A stretch of 64,000 nucleotides of DNA from Candidatus Micrarchaeia archaeon. GTDB lineage: Archaea; Micrarchaeota; Micrarchaeia; CABMEP01. The stretch lies in assembly GCA_038886535.1 (NCBI GenBank), contig JAVZXS010000001.1:180636-244635 (forward strand). The letters run 5' to 3'. The notes under the pieces are model-generated. The model ran no database searches. It was not told where the DNA came from and saw only the letters and a list, made by a program, of their open reading frames with translations. The first letter of the stretch is position 1. Every line of letters starts with the position of its first letter. Positions 30,391 through 39,011 of the stretch are shown one piece after another. The position numbers and the translations under genes were made by a program.

Positions 30391-31263
30391 TTAGTTATCT
30401 TTTTCGTTTGTTTTTCCATCTTTTTTTGATTCATCACTTTGAAATTCACCTTCGTTTTGTTTATTTTTATTTTTTTCCATTTCTATTTTTTTTGTCTTAA
30501 TCAATCGTTCTTTACCGGTCTTTAAAACATGAAATAGATGTGTTATCCAATATAGATCCATGCATTTGTTAACGAAACTTATTACTGTATTTGGTTCTTC
30601 CTTCATTAAAATATCAAATATAATAAATTCATTTTGTATTTCCTTTTTGTATTCTTTTGTCTTTTCAATTAATTCATTTATCCATTTTCTGGATTCGATA
30701 CAAGTACATATCGTATTTTTACACATATACAAATGATTAATAAATTCATGTCCTTCCTTTGTATCAAGTATATTAAATAATGGATCTATTATTTCTATTT
30801 CCGATGCATATTTATTTTTGAGGCCGATGGCATTAAGCCATCCAATTTCTTCAGGAGTAATAGTGAAAAATTTACTTCCCATTATAGAATACATTGTTCT
30901 TGTAAGTTCCCAGTAGGGTTTCTCAATCTTCTTATTTTTTTTACCAAAGAATAAATTGAATATCATCTTTGGGTTAGAACCAGAACGTCTAACTGCAGTT
31001 AATACATCTTCTGCCGCATTCATTTTTCTTTCCCATATAACAGAATTTGATTTAGCCTTTGATAACACTTCAATAAGTTTTTCCTTTTCCAATTCTTTAT
31101 AATTCACTTTAGAAAAAGTATCTCCTATACTTAGTATTATTTCTTCCACGGGAACTTGTTTTTTTAACTTCAGATAGATCTCCTTTTCTTTCGCACTTAA
31201 TTTGAAAAAAACATTTTTATCAAGTTGTCTACTATATTTTTCATTGTCAAAATTAAATTTCAT
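30391..31263 (-). CDS. Hypothetical protein
   Basis: 290-aa ORF; no motif recognised. Confidence 0.7.
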   Translation of the reverse strand: MKFNFDNEKYSRQLDKNVFFKLSAKEKEIYLKLKKQVPVEEIILSIGDTFSKVNYKELEKEKLIEVLSKAKSNSVIWERKMNAAEDVLTAVRRSGSNPKMIFNLFFGKKNKKIEKPYWELTRTMYSIMGSKFFTITPEEIGWLNAIGLKNKYASEIEIIDPLFNILDTKEGHEFINHLYMCKNTICTCIESRKWINELIEKTKEYKKEIQNEFIIFDILMKEEPNTVISFVNKCMDLYWITHLFHVLKTGKERLIKTKKIEMEKNKNKQNEGEFQSDESKKDGKTNEKDN

Positions 31264-31382
31264 AGTCTCAAATTTTAAACGCAGTATATATTTTTAAATA
31301 TTCTTATTTTGATACCAAAAACACAACTAATAGTATCAAATTTAGCTTAATAAGACAATCGATTCCACATAAAAGTAGATAA

Positions 31383-31457
31383 TGGGCCGGGGGAGATTTG
31401 AACTCCCGACCTCGTGATTATCAGTCACGCGCTCCAACCTGGCTAAGCTACCGGCCC
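31383..31457 (-). tRNA. tRNA-Ile (GAT)
   Basis: Reverse complement GGGCCGGTAGCTTAGCCAGGTTGGAGCGCGTGACTGATAATCACGAGGTCGGGAGTTCAAATCTCCCCCGGCCCA. Confidence 0.96.
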
Positions 31458-31609
31458 TTTAAAGTGATCTATTAAAATAATTTTATTACATATTGTAGTG
31501 AAACTTAAAATATCTTTCTTTTTGAATCTCTATTTCTACCCATTGAACCTTTATAAATTTATTTAATAATTATTTATCTGGCACCAATTGAATTATCAAG
31601 AGGCAGACG

Positions 31610-32590
31610 ATGAGAATAACACTTTCAGATGGAAGAGTATTAGGTATAGAAACATCTAAAGATGCAGATATAGTGTATATATCACATGCTCATTCTGATC
31701 ATTCTAGAAAGGGAAACATATTTTCATCGCAGCAAACCTTCGATCTTCTTAATTTAGATGGAAAGACGTCGATATTACATAAAATAGATAAAGATGTTAA
31801 TCTATACCCTGCAGGACATATTCTTGGCTCTACTCAAATAGAATTTACAAATGGCCATTCGGTTGTATATACTGGAGATATGAAACTTAGAGAAGGTTTT
31901 ACTAGTGAGAGAGCAGAAATAATAAGATGTGATGAGTTACATATAGATTGTACATTTGGCCATCCTGATTTTGAATTTGATTCAAAAGAGGTAATTGCTG
32001 ATAGAATAGACAGATGGACAAGAACAAGGTTAATGGTCGGGAATAATGTAGTTTTTGGAGCCTATTCAACAGGAAAGGCACAGGAGCTTATCTATATATT
32101 AAACAAGTATTCAAATATTACTCCTGTCGTTGATCAAAGCATAGAAGAAAAATGTAAAATATACGAAAAATATGGAATAAGGCTTGATAGAGTTGTTATT
32201 GGTAGTAAAGAAGCTGCTGAAATAATGAAAGATAAGTTTGTTTATATAATTCCATTTAATCTTGTTAATCCACAATCCGAAAAATGGTTAACTACTCAAT
32301 ATAAACAAGTTTCATTTGCAATTGTTACAGGTTGGGCTAAGAAATATAGATATAAGTATCATGCTTTTCCTTTAAGCGATCATGCAGGTTTCTCTGAAAT
32401 ATTAGCTTATATTGAGGAGTCTGATGCAAAAGAGATTATTTGTCATTATGGAAATGCTATGTTTATGAGTAAATACTTACGCTCAAAAGGTTATAATTCA
32501 TTCACAGATAAAGAATGGGAATACAGAAATAGATTTAATGAACCTTTAACAAAAAGTTCAATTAAAGAACAATTAACGATTTCAATTTGA
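31610..32590 (+). CDS. Metallo-beta-lactamase/beta-CASP nuclease
   Basis: ISHAHSDH, AGHILGS, YTGD, AYSTGKAQE, LSDHAGF. Confidence 0.88.
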   Translation: MRITLSDGRVLGIETSKDADIVYISHAHSDHSRKGNIFSSQQTFDLLNLDGKTSILHKIDKDVNLYPAGHILGSTQIEFTNGHSVVYTGDMKLREGFTSERAEIIRCDELHIDCTFGHPDFEFDSKEVIADRIDRWTRTRLMVGNNVVFGAYSTGKAQELIYILNKYSNITPVVDQSIEEKCKIYEKYGIRLDRVVIGSKEAAEIMKDKFVYIIPFNLVNPQSEKWLTTQYKQVSFAIVTGWAKKYRYKYHAFPLSDHAGFSEILAYIEESDAKEIICHYGNAMFMSKYLRSKGYNSFTDKEWEYRNRFNEPLTKSSIKEQLTISI

Positions 32591-32615
32591 AGTTGATCTA
32601 ACTTTACTCTTAAAT

Positions 32616-33677
32616 TTAGCAGCTCATATGTTTCCTTAAAAATTTGTAAGCATAAATTATTGAACTTATTAATCCAATTGTTTCAATTATATTTTCTTTC
32701 CATTTTTTAAGGTCTCCATGTATGCCTTTTCCTGGTATTAAAACAAGCTCTACTTTTTTATTTTCTTGCTTTAGTGTTTTATATATCTTCAATGAACCAG
32801 TAACTGGAACTATATCATCCATGATACCATGTTCGATTAATAACGGTACTTTTAAATCCTTACAATAAGTAATTGGTGATCCATTAGTAAACAGATAACT
32901 ATCAGAAGTATCGGTTATTCCTAGACTTTCAACATATTTATTATAATCCGATAAAACTCTACGAGTATTTTCAGGTATATCTCTTTCTTTAAGTTTGTTT
33001 TTCATATAATTAAATTGCTCTGCTAAATCATCAAAAGGTGAAATAGATATTCCACATTTGATGTTATGTCTTTCTACGAACTCTTGTGAAGAACAGGCTT
33101 TGTACACAATAATGTTTCCACCACTAAGTCCAATTATTGCACTTTTATTCTCTAGCAGTTCTTTTTCTTGATATTTAGTTTTAAGAAAATCAAATGCATC
33201 CATGTAATCTTCTGCCTCTGTGCTTTTTAGTTCATTTCTTGATCTTACGCTAAATACACGATAACCAAGACAGGCAATAATTTTACCAACCATTGAAAAG
33301 TTAAAAAGATCTCTTTTATATCCGCTATCAAACGCAATTAGAGGTAAAGGATTTTTTGTATCTGAACTGTATATTATTCCTTCTATGGCTTCTTTATTTC
33401 TATTGAGGTACCAGAACCGCTTAGATTTTATTTCATTTATTTTTCTTAACTTCAAGATTACACTTGGAAGATAAAATGTAGTTTGAAGAGTAAAGTTAAT
33501 CAAAGAAGGAGTATCATTTATCACATATATATCTTCTATTTTTTTCTTTCTATATGTTTGATTAAAAAATTCGCCTATTTGTTCTATTGCTAATTTTATG
33601 ATTTTAAATACATTTTGATTATTTTCATTGGAAATTTCATTTTTTAATTTGTATTTTGCCATATGAAAATAAAACAT
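32616..33677 (-). CDS. Alpha/beta hydrolase (S9 peptidase/esterase-like)
   Basis: Nucleophile elbow GLSGG, HGIMDDIVP, GKGIH. Confidence 0.8.
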   Translation of the reverse strand: MFYFHMAKYKLKNEISNENNQNVFKIIKLAIEQIGEFFNQTYRKKKIEDIYVINDTPSLINFTLQTTFYLPSVILKLRKINEIKSKRFWYLNRNKEAIEGIIYSSDTKNPLPLIAFDSGYKRDLFNFSMVGKIIACLGYRVFSVRSRNELKSTEAEDYMDAFDFLKTKYQEKELLENKSAIIGLSGGNIIVYKACSSQEFVERHNIKCGISISPFDDLAEQFNYMKNKLKERDIPENTRRVLSDYNKYVESLGITDTSDSYLFTNGSPITYCKDLKVPLLIEHGIMDDIVPVTGSLKIYKTLKQENKKVELVLIPGKGIHGDLKKWKENIIETIGLISSIIYAYKFLRKHMSC

Positions 33678-33799
33678 TTGGTATATATAAATATTATTTA
33701 AAGGCTACAATTTGGTTTGTTGAAAATTGTGTAATTAATCAGAAAAAATAAAAAAACAAAAAAAGAAACCCACAAGGATTTATTAACGCATTGTGAATT

Positions 33800-34045
33800 T
33801 TATATTTTTTCTCCTACTGCGCTTTTTCCACGAACTTGTGTTATTTTTACTTTACAAGATTCTCCTGCAGATGTTCCAGGGACGAATATAACAAATCCTT
33901 GGATTTTTCCTATTCCATCTCCCTTCCCACCAACAGCTTCTATTGTAAGGTCGACTTCGTCACCTTCCTTTACAGGTTTAGGTGCAAAATTTCCGCGGCC
34001 GCGGAATCTTCCGCGTCTGAATCCGCCACGTCTTTCTTCTTCCAT
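33800..34045 (-). CDS. Stand-alone TRAM-domain RNA chaperone
   Basis: RG-rich N-terminus; PVKEGDEVDLTIEAVGGKGDGIGKIQGFVIFVPG. Confidence 0.93.
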   Translation of the reverse strand: MEEERRGGFRRGRFRGRGNFAPKPVKEGDEVDLTIEAVGGKGDGIGKIQGFVIFVPGTSAGESCKVKITQVRGKSAVGEKI

Positions 34046-34294
34046 TATTTCACACTCCAGATTCTGTCTTTAGTGGGACGTATTCTTTTTCTCAATCAAG
34101 CAAAGCAAAATCAGCAATCATCTTAGATGTACTGTTTGTTTTCTTGTGAGAATTAGTATTTTAATCCCACATACTTTGTAATATAATATCAGATAATGTT
34201 TATATATCTATGTATCTTTTATGTGCAGCCTGATTGTAATTATTAAGTTTTTAAATTTAATCTGACATTAATTAATAGAAGATAGGGTGGTATT

Positions 34295-34978
34295 TTGCCA
34301 AATAACAAAAAAGATGAGAAACTAGATATTCAAGAGGAAACAGCTTCTTTTTTAGACATTAATCCAAAAGAGATGAAACGTTCTCTAATTTCAAATATAA
34401 AGAAACAATTAATTCTTTTTTCTATATCTCCCTTTACTACAGATGTCGTTCTTTCATATAAAATAGTCTATGATTTTCTAACTTCAAATCCAAATAAAAA
34501 GGCAGTATGGTTTTCAATCGACAAGCCAGTTAACAAAGTTGTTAAGGAATTCAAAGATAATGGATTTGATATTCAAGACCATAGCGAAAGAATAATCTTT
34601 ATTGATGCAATTAGTAAACCAATTGCAGATTCAAAGAATAATAAAAATTTTACTGTCAACTTTATAGAAAATCCGGACAATCTAGTTGAGATCTCAATGA
34701 CGCTTCAAGATATATTTTCCGATCCGGCAATTGAAATTGCAGTGATTGATTCTTTAAATGGACTTCTCGCATTCAACAGTGAAAAAAATGTGTTAAAATT
34801 TATGCGTTTCTTATCAACTATTGCAGAAGAAACAGACACAGCCATTATATCAGTTTTTTATAAAGATGAATATCCTAAGGAATTAGAATCAGCATTTCAA
34901 ATTCCTTGTGATGGATTGCTTCAAGTAAACGAAGATAAAATAGTCTTAAAAAAGAAATTAGAGACAATAACAATTTGA
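34295..34978 (+). CDS. Degenerate KaiC/RecA-fold protein
   Basis: IIFIDAIS and AVIDSLNGLL Walker-B-like segments; no intact Walker A; TTG start after GGTGGT. Confidence 0.7.
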   Translation: MPNNKKDEKLDIQEETASFLDINPKEMKRSLISNIKKQLILFSISPFTTDVVLSYKIVYDFLTSNPNKKAVWFSIDKPVNKVVKEFKDNGFDIQDHSERIIFIDAISKPIADSKNNKNFTVNFIENPDNLVEISMTLQDIFSDPAIEIAVIDSLNGLLAFNSEKNVLKFMRFLSTIAEETDTAIISVFYKDEYPKELESAFQIPCDGLLQVNEDKIVLKKKLETITI

Positions 34979-35017
34979 CTTATATATGGTCATAGTTGTT
35001 ATTGATAGAGTGATTTA

Positions 35018-36058
35018 ATGAAAAGATTTATTCTATTGCTTGCTTTTTGTATGATTTTTCTTCCATCAATTCATTTACAAATAGCAAATGAGCAGCTCTT
35101 TGTAAGTATCAAATCAATAGACACGATTATTAATATAAATTCAACCACAAATTTAAGTAAAATAATCCCTAATTACGAATATATTATTCCAATAACAATT
35201 AGTTGGAATGTTCCTGATACTTCTCTAAAAAATATAAATGCGGAAAATATTACTATATTTATTAAAGCCACAATTGAAAGCGGAAATGAATTTGTCTATT
35301 TTAAAGATGACAATAAAAGAGTTAATACTAGCTATATTATACTAGTTTGTCATCTAGATAAAAAATCATTAAGTGAGTCATTATGTAGTTTTAATTCAAG
35401 CTTGACAAAATCAATAAATGCCTATGTTTATTTAAACAGTTCAAAATCAAATGAAATAAATTCAACTATACTTTTTAGTGCAAGTTTAACTCCATTTGAG
35501 GATTTTATTCCAATATATCAAGAATCTCTGTCTCTTCGAAAAGAATTGGATGAAATTAAAAAGAATGTAAACATTTCAGATCCAGTACTAGAAACTAAAA
35601 TTAACGAAATAGAGGAAGCCATCAACGCTTTTCATGTAGAAGAAGCAAGAACAGGAATTACAGATCTTAATTTAAAGACAGGAAATCTACTTGGTTTATT
35701 TTCTTTGATACCTGCTAAAATTAATTCACTTTTGATGTCGCTCTTTAGTTTCTTAGCTCCAACTTCAAAAGTTTATATTCCAATTTTCTTATCAATTATA
35801 ATAATTATATCTGCTCTGATTCTAAATCTAAGAAGAGGATCAAAATACGGAATAATAATAGCTGCAATATTGGTTATTTTTGCATCTTTATTTTCATTAT
35901 TAGACCAATTAATTTTGATTTTAATTGATTTATTACTAGTTATATTAATTCTTTCTATCATATATGCCAGAAAAAATAACGGTAAGAGAAGATTCAGAGC
36001 AAGCGACAATTATTTAGATTCTGATTATGAGGAACTTATAAAGAGAAGAAATAGGTAA
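35018..36058 (+). CDS. Secreted/membrane glycoprotein-like hypothetical protein
   Basis: Signal peptide, N-x-S/T-rich domain, C-terminal TM helices. Confidence 0.75.
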   Translation: MKRFILLLAFCMIFLPSIHLQIANEQLFVSIKSIDTIININSTTNLSKIIPNYEYIIPITISWNVPDTSLKNINAENITIFIKATIESGNEFVYFKDDNKRVNTSYIILVCHLDKKSLSESLCSFNSSLTKSINAYVYLNSSKSNEINSTILFSASLTPFEDFIPIYQESLSLRKELDEIKKNVNISDPVLETKINEIEEAINAFHVEEARTGITDLNLKTGNLLGLFSLIPAKINSLLMSLFSFLAPTSKVYIPIFLSIIIIISALILNLRRGSKYGIIIAAILVIFASLFSLLDQLILILIDLLLVILILSIIYARKNNGKRRFRASDNYLDSDYEELIKRRNR

Positions 36059-36079
36059 GTAAGAATCTAAAAATATAAT

Positions 36080-36370
36080 GGAGCGGCAGACTATAGTCGA
36101 TCTTTTGTATATGCAGCATTCGACTAAGCGGCTCAAAGGCCTTGCATCTCATCGTGTGATGTGAGTCGTTTCATTCAACTGTATCGTCTCCTTTCGTCAT
36201 TCTCATCCTTTACAGTTGATTCGTTTCTAGTCTCACATCATGCCCTTAAAGCATTTTTTCACTCGATGGATCGAACTTCCTCAGAAATAACAGAGTTTTT
36301 CGAACTCTTTAGCACATCTGCTATTTGAGATCGATAACTGTTATTTCCGTTAGCTGCAGTCCACCACTCC
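36080..36370 (-). ncRNA. rnpB: RNase P RNA (reduced, type-M-like)
   Basis: P1 GGAGUGGUGGACU/AGUCUGCCGCUCC; P2 UGCAGC/GCUGCA; CR-I GAGGAAGUUCGAUC pairs with CR-V ACAAAAGAUCGACUAU (P4); AGAAAC and UGAAAC flank P12; TATA box TTTATATA at 36392-36399 on the minus strand. Confidence 0.92.
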
Positions 36371-36459
36371 AAAGTATTTACTAAATCAGAGTATATAAAT
36401 CTAACTTTTAATCTAAAAATTGTAAGCAAAGATAAATAGAACAAATTAAAAAGAAATCG

Positions 36460-36651
36460 TTAATCTTTTGTACCTAGTGCTTTGGAGATTATATCTAAGA
36501 TACAGAATCCAGTAAATGCACCCTGTATCATCATCAAAGCCACAAAAGCAGCGAGTGCAATACCTATGGTTACATTACCACTATAAGCCAAAAACGCCCC
36601 TATAAGAATAAGTAATCCTCTTCCAAGGTCCCTAATTTGTGCCATTTTCAT
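36460..36651 (-). CDS. DUF2892/YgaP-like small membrane protein
   Basis: Two TM helices followed by AFTGFC. Confidence 0.7.
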   Translation of the reverse strand: MKMAQIRDLGRGLLILIGAFLAYSGNVTIGIALAAFVALMMIQGAFTGFCILDIISKALGTKD

Positions 36652-36679
36652 ATTTTCTCCACCTTCGCAATGTTTTTAG

Positions 36680-36754
36680 CGGGCCCGAGGGGATTTGAAC
36701 CCCTGACCTGCCGGTTAAAAGCCGGACGCTCTGGCCAAGCTGAGCTACGGGCCC
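36680..36754 (-). tRNA. tRNA-Lys (TTT)
   Basis: Reverse complement GGGCCCGTAGCTCAGCTTGGCCAGAGCGTCCGGCTTTTAACCGGCAGGTCAGGGGTTCAAATCCCCTCGGGCCCG. Confidence 0.96.
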
Positions 36755-37294
36755 ATAAAGATATAAAAGAGATTAGTAAATATTATTGCCAGATTATTTT
36801 ATTAAATGTTTCTATTTTAACTAAACGGACGTTAGAAATTTTTGTATATTATTTTTGTTATTTTTATATGTAGTTTTCAAAGAAAGATGAAAGAATCAGC
36901 TAGTTTGGAAAAGGACATTAAATTTCAAAAATCAATTTCTGAGAATATCGATGATAAATTTAGTAAGATACTTCCTTTAGGAATAGTTGATTTTTGTTTA
37001 AAATCTGATGAGCCAATAGATTTTTCTTTTATTATATCTAATGGAATTGATAATATTAAAATTATTCGATTAAATTCATACAAATGATAATTTTTTCCTT
37101 TGTTGCAAGAAAAACATGCAAGCAAATAAAAATAACTTTATAAGAAAGATATCTAAAACAGATGAATTGTGCCACAATGCAGAAATTATGACTTTGAAAA
37201 CGCTTTTAATTACTTATGCATATGCTTCTAGTCATGATCCATTTAAAATAGATTCAATTCAAGATAAAATAAAATTAGAAGTTAGTTCAGTCTG

Positions 37295-38764
37295 TTATAT
37301 TTCTATCTTCTTAAATAGCATTACTGCTTTTAATTCATGCCCTTCTTTTAGAACTGGTTTTTCAACATCTTTCCATTCAGGTTTTATACCGAGTGATTCA
37401 CATGCGATTTTTCCAGAATTTGGCATGAATGGATAATATAAAAGTACAGATGTCCTAAGAAGCTGAGCTCCGAAATTAAGGACTGAACCTGCCTTTTCTT
37501 TATCTTCCTTAATTATTTTCCAAGGTTCATTTTCTTGGATGTATTTATTTGCGATTGTTGAAACCTCTACTGCAGTTGAAAGCGCTTTTGTAAGTTCATA
37601 TTCCTGCATTTCGCTTTCATATCTTTTTACAAGAGAGGAGATCTGATTAAGAATTTCATTTTCCTTTTCGCCATATTTTGCTGAAGGAAGCTTTCCATTA
37701 TAGTTTTTCTGTATAAAGGAAGTTATTCTATAGAAAAGATTGCTATAATTTGCAACAACCTCGTTATTTATTCTCTCTTTAAGTGCAACTTCTGAGAAAT
37801 CTCCATCCTCACCAAGAGAAATGTCTCTTAACATGTAATATCTAATTCCATCAATTGTATATTTTTCAGAGAGACTAACAGGGTCTATTACATTTCCTAA
37901 AGATTTAGACATCTTTTGACCGTTTACTGTAAAGAATCCATGCACATACATAGTTTTTGGTAGAGGATATCCTGCAGACATCAGCATACCTATCCAAGTT
38001 ATGCAATGGAATCTCGCAATATCTTTTCCAAGAAGTTGGACCTCTGGTGGCCAGTATTTTTCAGGTAATAGATAATTAATCAATGCATCAAACCATACCC
38101 AAAACTTGTGATCCTTGTCTATAGGAAGATCTATTCCCCATTTTAAACCTGGTCTTGAGATAGATGTATCAATTAAACCTTGCTTAAGGAAGCTAATTAT
38201 TTCATTTCTTCTTTTTTCTGGCTTTATGAAATCAGGGTTTTTTTCTATATGTTCCAATATCTTGTCTCTATACTTAGATAGTTTAAAATAGTAATTTTCT
38301 TCTCTTATCTTCTTTAGCTGTTTTTTGTGAATAGGACACAACCCATCTGGTGCATCTTTTTCCAGTTTAAACTCTTCACATCCGTCGCAATATAATCCTT
38401 CATACACTCCTTTATATATATCTCCCTTTTCATAGATTTTGGTAAAGAACTTGATAACATTTTTCTTATGTCTTTCCTCTGTAGTTCTTATGAAGTCATC
38501 ATAAGTAAGATTTAGCTTCTGCCACGCGTTTTTCCATTTTTCAGCCATTTCATCTGTGTATTTTTGTATATCACTGTATCCCTTTGCCTCTGCAGCCTGA
38601 ACCGTCTTTACTGAATTTTCATCAAGTCCAGTTAAGAAGAAAGTATCGTCCCCTTTCATTCTATGCCATATTGCAAGAATGTCTGCAATTATTGTAGTGT
38701 ATGCGCTTCCAATATGTGGTAGATCATTAATATAATATATTGGAGTTGTAACATAGAATTTCAT
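37295..38764 (-). CDS. metG: Methionyl-tRNA synthetase, short single-knuckle form
   Basis: FYVTTPIYYIN, HIGS, GLDE, CDGCE...CPIH, WFDALINY, KMSKS; no C-terminal Trbp/EMAP domain. Confidence 0.95.
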   Translation of the reverse strand: MKFYVTTPIYYINDLPHIGSAYTTIIADILAIWHRMKGDDTFFLTGLDENSVKTVQAAEAKGYSDIQKYTDEMAEKWKNAWQKLNLTYDDFIRTTEERHKKNVIKFFTKIYEKGDIYKGVYEGLYCDGCEEFKLEKDAPDGLCPIHKKQLKKIREENYYFKLSKYRDKILEHIEKNPDFIKPEKRRNEIISFLKQGLIDTSISRPGLKWGIDLPIDKDHKFWVWFDALINYLLPEKYWPPEVQLLGKDIARFHCITWIGMLMSAGYPLPKTMYVHGFFTVNGQKMSKSLGNVIDPVSLSEKYTIDGIRYYMLRDISLGEDGDFSEVALKERINNEVVANYSNLFYRITSFIQKNYNGKLPSAKYGEKENEILNQISSLVKRYESEMQEYELTKALSTAVEVSTIANKYIQENEPWKIIKEDKEKAGSVLNFGAQLLRTSVLLYYPFMPNSGKIACESLGIKPEWKDVEKPVLKEGHELKAVMLFKKIEI

Positions 38765-39011
38765 TCTATCCCCTGTTCATAATCACCAGAAATATGGTTA
38801 TAAAAAATATATAAATTACACAATATATTTATCAGTTGATATATTTTATAATTTAACTGTTTAATTCGTCTGTTCAAATAAGTTATTAATTTATTCGAAT
38901 AAAGATTATTAGTAGTGGGGGGTCAGATTAAGTTTATTAAGATATCGCTGTTGAAATTTTAAATGTTTAAAGTATCTTTATTTTCTAGTCTGTGATATTT
39001 AATGTGATAAA

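Noticed and set aside
36259..36444. 61-aa ORF
   Set aside because: Overlaps the RNase P RNA and its promoter.
36637..36873. 78-aa ORF
   Set aside because: Antisense translation of tRNA-Lys.
36842..37290. Short ORFs between tRNA-Lys and metG (possible gene remnant or integration scar)
   Set aside because: No recognisable motif and no duplicated tRNA end (att site); may be a pseudogene but cannot be supported.
38765..39011. AT-rich intergenic region with a G-run upstream of mcm as a replication origin
   Set aside because: Only one G-string, no repeated ORB-like boxes and no adjacent orc1/cdc6; a divergent promoter region explains it.
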